Source: Phycisphaerae bacterium (GTDB lineage: Bacteria > Planctomycetota > Phycisphaerae > Phycisphaerales > Phycisphaeraceae). From it: a stretch of DNA of 45,596 nt. The DNA lies in assembly GCA_963581115.1 (NCBI GenBank), contig CAUZOD010000001.1, forward strand, positions 1 to 45,596. Reading direction: 5' to 3'. The stretch's first letter is position 1. Each line of letters opens with the position of its first letter. Both the position numbers and the translations under genes were made by a program. The notes beneath the pieces were generated by a model that was not told where the DNA came from, did no database searches, and saw only the letters and a list, made by a program, of their open reading frames with translations. Shown here piece after piece: positions 39,632-45,596 of the stretch.

Positions 39632-40420
39632 CTATTCTACGTCCTTTACTTCGATCTGCTCATGTCTGATTGCTCGGGTTGTCCCGGAGTTTTCGTCGAT
39701 GTCGGCCACGATGTAATCGACACGCAAATCCTCTTGGGCCACATCGATATGTACCGGTCGCATATACAAGAACCGTTCGATGATGGCGGTCTTATCGACG
39801 CCGCAGATAGAATCATATGCGCCGGTCATCCCCACATCGGTGACATAGCCCGTGCCCTCGGGAAGCACCCGCGCGTCGCGCGTGGGCACGTGGGTGTGCG
39901 TTCCCAGTACCAGCGACGCGCGACCATCGAGAAACCATCCCATGGCCTGTTTTTCGCTGGTGGCTTCGGCGTGCATGTCGAGCACAACGACCTTCACGCT
40001 CGCGGGCAATGAATCCAGCAACCGATCCACCGTACGAAAAGGACAATCCAACGCCGGCAAAAATGCCCGGCCTTGTACATTGATGACTGCCACCCGGCCG
40101 TCGGTGCCGGGCACGAGTGCACTGCCCACACCGGGCGCGCCTTGGGGATAATTTGCGGGGCGCACTATATTGTTCTTGTCATCCAGTTGGCCGATGCCAT
40201 CTGCCTTGTCCCAAACATGGTTTCCGGTGGTAAAAAACTGGATCCCCGATTGTTCCATCTCCGCCAATCCACTCGCGTCGATACCCGCACTACCGGCAGA
40301 ATTCTCGGCGTTGGCGATCAGGAGATCGGGAGTGTGGGCGCGGCGGATCTGTGGTATCGCTTTTGCCAGCGCCTGCCGCCCGGGCTTGCCTACGACGTCA
40401 CCAATGAATGCAATGATCAT
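39632..40420 (-). CDS. ymdB: YmdB-family metallophosphoesterase (2',3'-cyclic-nucleotide phosphodiesterase-like)
   Basis: MIIAFIGDVVGKPGR, ANAENSAGSAG, TGNHVWDK, LDMHAEATSEK and GTHTHVPTRD. Confidence 0.8.
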   Translation of the reverse strand: MIIAFIGDVVGKPGRQALAKAIPQIRRAHTPDLLIANAENSAGSAGIDASGLAEMEQSGIQFFTTGNHVWDKADGIGQLDDKNNIVRPANYPQGAPGVGSALVPGTDGRVAVINVQGRAFLPALDCPFRTVDRLLDSLPASVKVVVLDMHAEATSEKQAMGWFLDGRASLVLGTHTHVPTRDARVLPEGTGYVTDVGMTGAYDSICGVDKTAIIERFLYMRPVHIDVAQEDLRVDYIVADIDENSGTTRAIRHEQIEVKDVE

Positions 40421-40610
40421 GGCGCCTCCTTGACCCGGTCTCTATCGTTCTAGTTCATTCGCTTGTCGGGCTGTGACATGATACGGCATGTCCACGGGCA
40501 CCGGTCCGGAAGCTGAACGCGATCATGTTCAGATGCTCCGCGATGCCTGGTGGCAAGAAGCTGATCCGCATCGCCTCGGAAGCCAACAGCCAGATTGACG
40601 TTTGCTTGGC

Positions 40611-41381
40611 TCATCCTTCACCGTACGGTCTGCCCTCCGGCCTGGGGTAGGTGTCCTGGCAGCCGTGGGGGCGCCGCAGCACGTATTTCAGCCAACTGTT
40701 CGCGGGCGCCTGCGCGAACAACCGATCGTAGAGCCCGTCACCCACGAAGCTGTTGGAGATCTCTCCGGGGCAGAAGGTAAAAACGATTGTCCGGCGGACC
40801 TTATCACTCGCGTTGAACGAGCCGTGGTGCATGTCGTGAGTGAACAGCAGGACTGACCCGGCCTTCATCGGGAGCGCACATTTCATGTTGTCGCTGGCGC
40901 CATTGCCCGGGAGGGGATAGTTTGCCTTGTGGCTGCCCGGCACGACCTCGAGCGCGCCTTCGCCGGGGCCGATGTCCTTCATGGCGTAGAAAACCTGAAA
41001 TAGATTGTGGTGGATTCGTCCGTTGAAGTGGTAAAAGTTACAGGTGCGCGACGGCGTGTGATTCGAGTGAAATCCGGTGTGACCGCCTTCCCATTTGAAT
41101 GTAGCCCACGTCGATTTCAGGCGCGCAGTGGCCACCATGGCATCGATATAAGGAAGCACTCGCGGGTTCACGACCAGGTCGAGCAAGGCCTGCTCTTGAT
41201 TGAGGATGTCCTCGATCAGGATGGCGGGATTCTGCGGCTGCTCCCGCTCGAGGCGCTGCTTGGCAACCTCCTCCCATTCGTCGAGCCGTTCATTGAGCCG
41301 ACAAAGGTAATTGGGATCAATCACATCTTCGATGAGGATGTATCCGTTCACGTCGTATCGGTAGAGTTCCTCAGGCGTCAT
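40611..41381 (-). CDS. Phytanoyl-CoA dioxygenase (PhyH) family Fe(II)/2-oxoglutarate oxygenase
   Basis: YRYDVNGYILIEDVI, ALEVVPGSHK and LLFTHDMHHGSFNAS. Confidence 0.65.
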   Translation of the reverse strand: MTPEELYRYDVNGYILIEDVIDPNYLCRLNERLDEWEEVAKQRLEREQPQNPAILIEDILNQEQALLDLVVNPRVLPYIDAMVATARLKSTWATFKWEGGHTGFHSNHTPSRTCNFYHFNGRIHHNLFQVFYAMKDIGPGEGALEVVPGSHKANYPLPGNGASDNMKCALPMKAGSVLLFTHDMHHGSFNASDKVRRTIVFTFCPGEISNSFVGDGLYDRLFAQAPANSWLKYVLRRPHGCQDTYPRPEGRPYGEG

Positions 41382-42159
41382 GGCAGAGGCCCCTCTGAAT
41401 GAATCGCATAGGCTTTATCTATATGTTAGCTGAAATGGCCGGGTTGAGGACTAAGTGCGTAACGCGGACTTCGATATCCTGAACGTTCTGGAGACGGTGA
41501 CGGACATCAACATGAAGGTCAGCAACGATGAGATCAACGAGGTCTGTGACAAGTACGACGACGTCAAAATTCTCTAAACGATCTCCGGCATGATCCAGGT
41601 AAGCGTGTCCCGGCCACCGGCCAACACCTTAAGATCGTTCATGAGCCGACTCGCGACCTGATCGTCGGCTGCCTGCTAAGGCCCCGACCCGATTGCCACG
41701 GTGGTGAAGGTCAGAACAATCCGGAAGAGCAAGACCGAGCTGCGCGCTCGCGCTTCGGTCGTATGTCCTCGATGCCACTAGGGACCTTCGGTGTAAAGGA
41801 AGAATTGCCCAGGTGTAAAGCGAACGGCAGATGATGGCTCACCGCCGCCAGTGCAAAAGGAGTGGATTGACGCCATGCTGCCGAGCAGCAACGAATCGGT
41901 GGTCTGAGCAAGCGGCGAGGGGACAGTGTTGTCGGTGCGAACATGCTTTCTGAAAAACGCTGGCGGTGTCGTCGCCGTAGGCGCTACTCTTTCGCTGATG
42001 GGTCGATTCGAGCCCATGTCATGCAGAATCGATTGCTCGCAACTGGCGCGGGCGATAAGATCGTTCACTCAGACGCCCGGCGGCGTAGCTGGGCGAAGGT
42101 CATATGGGAAATGTCAGCGTGCAACACCTGTGCGCGCGACACTGATCAACTGAATCGAA

Positions 42160-43017
42160 ATGAGTCAAGTCAGTTACTGTACGAGAGGATTCAATGACCG
42201 GGACGTGGAAGCCGCGCTCGATGCCATAGCCGCGGCGGGATTTGCCCGGGCGGAGATCCTTGGGCAGGCACCCCACGTGGCTGCGCCACCAGAGGGCAGG
42301 GAATTGGAAACGTTTCGATCGCGTCTTGAGCAACGGAGGCTAGCGGGAGGGACCGTGCACGCGCCCCTGGCGCGTGATCTCCTGGCCGCACCGCATGAGC
42401 AGTCGCGGCGGGAGAATATTACGGTGCTGGCATCATACGTACGATTCGCCGCGGCGATCGGGGCTCGTGGTCTGGTCATCCACCCTGTCCCCAACCCGAA
42501 CCGTGTGCCCGATGCAGGACATCCAGAAGCATCCCAACGAATACGGGACGCGGTGCGCCGCTCACTTGACGAATTGGTGCCCATTGCCCAGGAGAGCGGG
42601 GTGAGGATACTGCTGGAAAACCTACCGTGGAAGACGTCCCTTCCCTTATTCAGCATGAAACAGCTGCGTCCTCTGGTAGATGGATATCCAGATGTCGCCC
42701 TGGGGCTGGTTATCGATACCGGCCACGCTTGGACCGCCGGGATTGACCCAGTGGAAGAGATACTGGAGGCGGCCCCGCGACTTTGGAGCACCCATCTCCA
42801 AGACGTGGATTTCGACCAGCCCCAGGATAATCACTGGGTGCCGACCCAAGGCGGCCTCGACTGGAACGCCATTCGCGCCGCGCTGGCCAGCGTGGGCTAC
42901 GCCGGACTATGGACATTTGAAGTGGGCTATGGCCGGCAGGGGGAAAGCCGCGAGCAACTGGCTCGCCTCAGTCGCCACGTCGCCGCGGAGTGGGGGTTTG
43001 GATCTGCCTTATCCTGA
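42160..43017 (+). CDS. Sugar phosphate isomerase/epimerase (xylose-isomerase-like TIM barrel)
   Basis: GFARAEILG, ARGLVIHP, RILLENLP and VIDTGHAW. Confidence 0.75.
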   Translation: MSQVSYCTRGFNDRDVEAALDAIAAAGFARAEILGQAPHVAAPPEGRELETFRSRLEQRRLAGGTVHAPLARDLLAAPHEQSRRENITVLASYVRFAAAIGARGLVIHPVPNPNRVPDAGHPEASQRIRDAVRRSLDELVPIAQESGVRILLENLPWKTSLPLFSMKQLRPLVDGYPDVALGLVIDTGHAWTAGIDPVEEILEAAPRLWSTHLQDVDFDQPQDNHWVPTQGGLDWNAIRAALASVGYAGLWTFEVGYGRQGESREQLARLSRHVAAEWGFGSALS

Positions 43018-43315
43018 ATATACGCTGAGTTCCGAACAAACAGATGCATTCTTTCGCGTAGCCAATATGTGGGCAGCTTGGATGTTGCTTTGCCGCAACG
43101 ACCGTCGAAACCGCCTTTCCGTGCCTTCAAGACTCGATCTGTCGTCAGGAATCGACCTGATGCGCTTACTCCAGACAGACAGGGAACAGATTTCGTATGA
43201 TTCCCATGAGGGGGTTATAAGTGATTCCCAAGTAGCCCGGCGGTGAAGCCGGCCTGTGGTCACATGAGAAATCCCGGATAAGCACTGTTCTCGCCAGTTG
43301 TGGAGTTATTTGGCT

Positions 43316-44107
43316 ATGAATGCGTTGCGCCTCGGAGAAATGAGTTCGGTGAGCAAGCCTCAAATTCGGGTTTGCCGATATCGCGTTCGACTTCGCTCAG
43401 CATTGGCAGCATTTACGCTGATTGAACTGCTGGTCGTGATTGCCATTATCGCGATATTGGTCTCCTTGCTGCTTCCGGCGCTCGCTGCTGCGCGGGAAGA
43501 GGCGAATCGCTTGGTCTGCATGAGCAATCAGAGGCAGATCGGCCTGGCGATTCAGATGTACGCGTCAGATCACGACGGAATTTATCCTCCAGGTATGGAC
43601 AAGATCAACAAGAAGACTGCTATCGATTTGCTGGTCCCCTACCTGCCCTCTGAGGACGTTTGGACCGACCCGACTCAAACCACCATGAGAAACCGTGAAT
43701 ATGCCTCAAACGGTCACAACGAGGGACTGATTCTACCTGCCCCTGGGGAAGCGACACGTCCGCTGCACTATGTAATGAATCGACATATTCACGGATATAT
43801 GCCGTACAATCCCCGCAGCACCAGCTCGAAATTTGTCGATGTATTTGTGGTTGGGGCATACATAAAGCGTCCCAGTGAACAATTGACACACCTTGGCTGG
43901 CACCCATGGCACTATGGATGGGGCACCGCCATTCGGTGGGTGGATTACGATTTTCAACGGATCAACAATTTTGGCTGGCTTGGCTTTGATCCGGCCCATA
44001 TCCACCGAGAAAATACCAATTTGACATTCGCTGACGGACATGTCCAATCAACGCATGCTGACGATGTGACGGAGCTAATGTTCAACAGGGGCGAGGACGA
44101 CCGTTAG
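43316..44107 (+). CDS. DUF1559 / H-X9-DG protein with a prepilin-type N-terminal methylation motif
   Basis: [25 protein letters not shown], plus an exact H-X9-DG at the C-terminal end ([12 protein letters not shown]). Confidence 0.85.
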   Translation: MNALRLGEMSSVSKPQIRVCRYRVRLRSALAAFTLIELLVVIAIIAILVSLLLPALAAAREEANRLVCMSNQRQIGLAIQMYASDHDGIYPPGMDKINKKTAIDLLVPYLPSEDVWTDPTQTTMRNREYASNGHNEGLILPAPGEATRPLHYVMNRHIHGYMPYNPRSTSSKFVDVFVVGAYIKRPSEQLTHLGWHPWHYGWGTAIRWVDYDFQRINNFGWLGFDPAHIHRENTNLTFADGHVQSTHADDVTELMFNRGEDDR

Positions 44108-44128
44108 GTCGATCTCCTGAAGCACGGC

Positions 44129-44575
44129 TCACTTCTCCGCAGGCACCGCGATGCCGCGCATGACCGTCCGCTGCGTGATCATGAAGATCAGCAGTGTCGG
44201 GATGCCGGTCACGATGATGGACGCAAACACGGCCGGTATGCCGGCGGTCTGCTGAAATTTGTACAGCCACACAGCTAACACCTGCATGTCTTTGTCCGGG
44301 CAGGCCAGTAACAGATACATAAATGCCCACCATGCAAAGTTGAACGCCTACAGGGCGACGTCCGCAAAGATCGGCTTTGACAGGAACATGGGATCGTTGT
44401 GAACAAGTGAAGCTCTCAATGCGCCGTCGAGCAGTGCTGCTTCGGACAGATACCGGGGCAACGAATCGAAAAATCTCTTGAAAAAAAGATGAGGTAGCCG
44501 TTGACCATGATGGGCAACACCCTGGCGGGTTCCGACAAATACAGTTTTTGGAACTTTTTGTGGCTAAAATCACAT
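44129..44575 (-). pseudogene. 3' remnant of a carbohydrate ABC-transporter permease (frameshift, in-frame TAG, missing 5' half)
   Basis: Hand translation: VLPIMVNGYLIFF / (frame change in the A7 run 44481-44487) / KRFFDSLPRYLSEAALLDGA..LSKPIFADVAL*(TAG 44350-44348)AFNFAWW..TGIPTLLIFMITQRTVMRGIAVPAEK*. Contains the EAA loop. Confidence 0.6.
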
Positions 44576-44598
44576 GGAGAATTCGCCTCAAAAATCTA

Positions 44599-44628
44599 TT
44601 GACAGGGGGCTCCTGTGGATGGTATGAT
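44599..44628 (+). promoter_or_regulatory. Candidate strong sigma70-type promoter (TTGACA-18 nt-TGgTATGAT)
   Basis: TTGACA at 44599-44604 and an extended -10 TGGTATGAT ending at 44628, about 70 nt upstream of ATG 44700. Confidence 0.45.
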
Positions 44629-44699
44629 TATCTTTAGCTGTACTTTACCGTATTGCCCAACACATCTTATGGCGCCAGGAGCGATAGGAGAACCAGGTG

Positions 44700-45596
44700 A
44701 TGAACAGTTTGCGCCAATTTGCAATTATCACTGCGGCACTGTCAATCGCCATTGCCGGATTCAGCGGTATTGCCGGGGCAGTGTCCTCGGACGGCAGCTT
44801 TTTTTTTGAGACCTTTGACGGCCCGGCAACAGGCGGGGTCGACCCCTTGTATCCGGGTATCACCGAAGGTTCTTTCAATGCCGTCGGAGGAACAAGCGTC
44901 GACGTGGAGGCGATGGTCGTCGACTTCGACCGCCAGGGCGCTTTTTTCGACTACCGGGTCTGTAATTCCGGCGAGTTTTGCACAGCCAATGAATACGCCG
45001 GCGAACTGGCAGTTCCCCTGCCCCCCGACACCGAGTTCGTGATCGAGGTGCTGTGGGAGATCGATGCTTTCTCCGGCGGCTCGCTGGCCGGCGACGCCAA
45101 CAAAGACAGCATTGTCTCCGGTCAAGACTTGATCAGCGTCCAACAGAATTTCGGTAAAGTCGGACCGGTTCCACTCCAGGGAGACGCCAACGACAGCGGT
45201 GATGTGACCGGCGCGGACCTAATCTCGGTACAGCAAAATTTCGGCAAGACCGGTGGCACCACTTACTCGCAAGTCAGGGGAGAAAATGCGGCGATGATGA
45301 ACAGCCGTGAAATCTCCCAGGGTGGTCGGGCGATTGTTCCGCGGCTCGAAGCCAAGCCCATCGGTTACATTTTGCATGATTTTGAATCGGGGGACATCAC
45401 CGGCCCGACCTTCCAACTGGAGTTCACTCCGCAGGATGGTAACATCCGGGTTCATGTCCCTGCCACCGGTGTTCTTAGCCCTATCCAGAACAAAGGGGAA
45501 CTGATCACCATCGCCGCTCACAACCTCGGCGATGGCACGCTGCTTGACTTCGAAACCGAAGATTGCTTCTTCGACTGCACCGTGGACCTGGACGTC
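44700..45596 (+). CDS. Secreted protein with two dockerin-like repeats (partial; runs off the right edge)
   Basis: Hand translation with no stop for 299 codons. MNSLRQFAIITAALSIAIAGFSGIAGA is a signal peptide. Repeats: GDANKDSIVSGQDLISVQQNFGK and GDANDSGDVTGADLISVQQNFGK. Not in the ORF track. Confidence 0.7.
   Translation, partial: MNSLRQFAIITAALSIAIAGFSGIAGAVSSDGSFFFETFDGPATGGVDPLYPGITEGSFNAVGGTSVDVEAMVVDFDRQGAFFDYRVCNSGEFCTANEYAGELAVPLPPDTEFVIEVLWEIDAFSGGSLAGDANKDSIVSGQDLISVQQNFGKVGPVPLQGDANDSGDVTGADLISVQQNFGKTGGTTYSQVRGENAAMMNSREISQGGRAIVPRLEAKPIGYILHDFESGDITGPTFQLEFTPQDGNIRVHVPATGVLSPIQNKGELITIAAHNLGDGTLLDFETEDCFFDCTVDLDV

Noticed and set aside
40440-40610. 36-aa ORF MSTGTGPEAERDHVQMLRDAWWQEADPHRLGSQQPD between ymdB and the PhyH-like gene
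   Set aside because: It is too short and has no RBS or recognisable family. It could be another eroded fragment, but I cannot support it.
40611-41381. Possible loss of the carboxylate ligand in the PhyH-like oxygenase (GFHSNH where H-x-D is expected)
   Set aside because: Without an alignment I cannot be sure that HSN aligns with the HxD motif. Some PhyH subfamilies have divergent spacing. This is too uncertain to report as a finding.

Overview
Moderately GC-rich bacterial chromosome segment. The gene content points to Planctomycetota (inference): an H-X9-DG/DUF1559 prepilin-like protein, a giant DUF4159 envelope protein, dockerin-like repeats, a PEP-CTERM-like tail and a futalosine-type radical SAM enzyme. 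Bases 1-24300 are ordinary housekeeping: acs (edge fragment), NYN/YacP-like, pyrH, frr, a 1121-aa secreted DUF4159 protein, an MqnC-like radical SAM, M29 aminopeptidase, kinase-like protein, alpha/beta hydrolase, alr, DEAD-box helicase, an F1Fo ATP synthase locus with unusual order (atpG, then atpZ-atpI-atpB-E-F-H-A, no atpD/atpC) and gltA. This stretch is interrupted by an AT-flanked cassette of unrecognisable genes at 14.3-16.8 kb. From 24.9 kb rightward the window looks accessory and decaying. A membrane FAD/NAD(P)H reductase-polyferredoxin gene is split in three by a frame change and an in-frame TAG. Two tRNA-Lys genes (CUU, UUU) face outward into AT-rich tracts and bracket bamD-like, lptE-like and ftsH. 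Beyond them lie a glycosidase-like gene split by an in-frame TAA, a Tyr-phosphatase with no usable start and a PEP-CTERM tail stranded behind its TGA, an ABC permease remnant, and intact ymdB, PhyH-like, sugar-isomerase-like and DUF1559 genes. A secreted dockerin-repeat protein runs off the right edge. I found no CRISPR array, rRNA, transposase or integrase, and no defence or toxin module I can name. The best candidates for something new are the orphan cassette with the adjacent His/Arg/Cys-rich secreted protein, and the run of independent ORF disruptions. All functional calls rest on motif recognition by eye and need homology searches.
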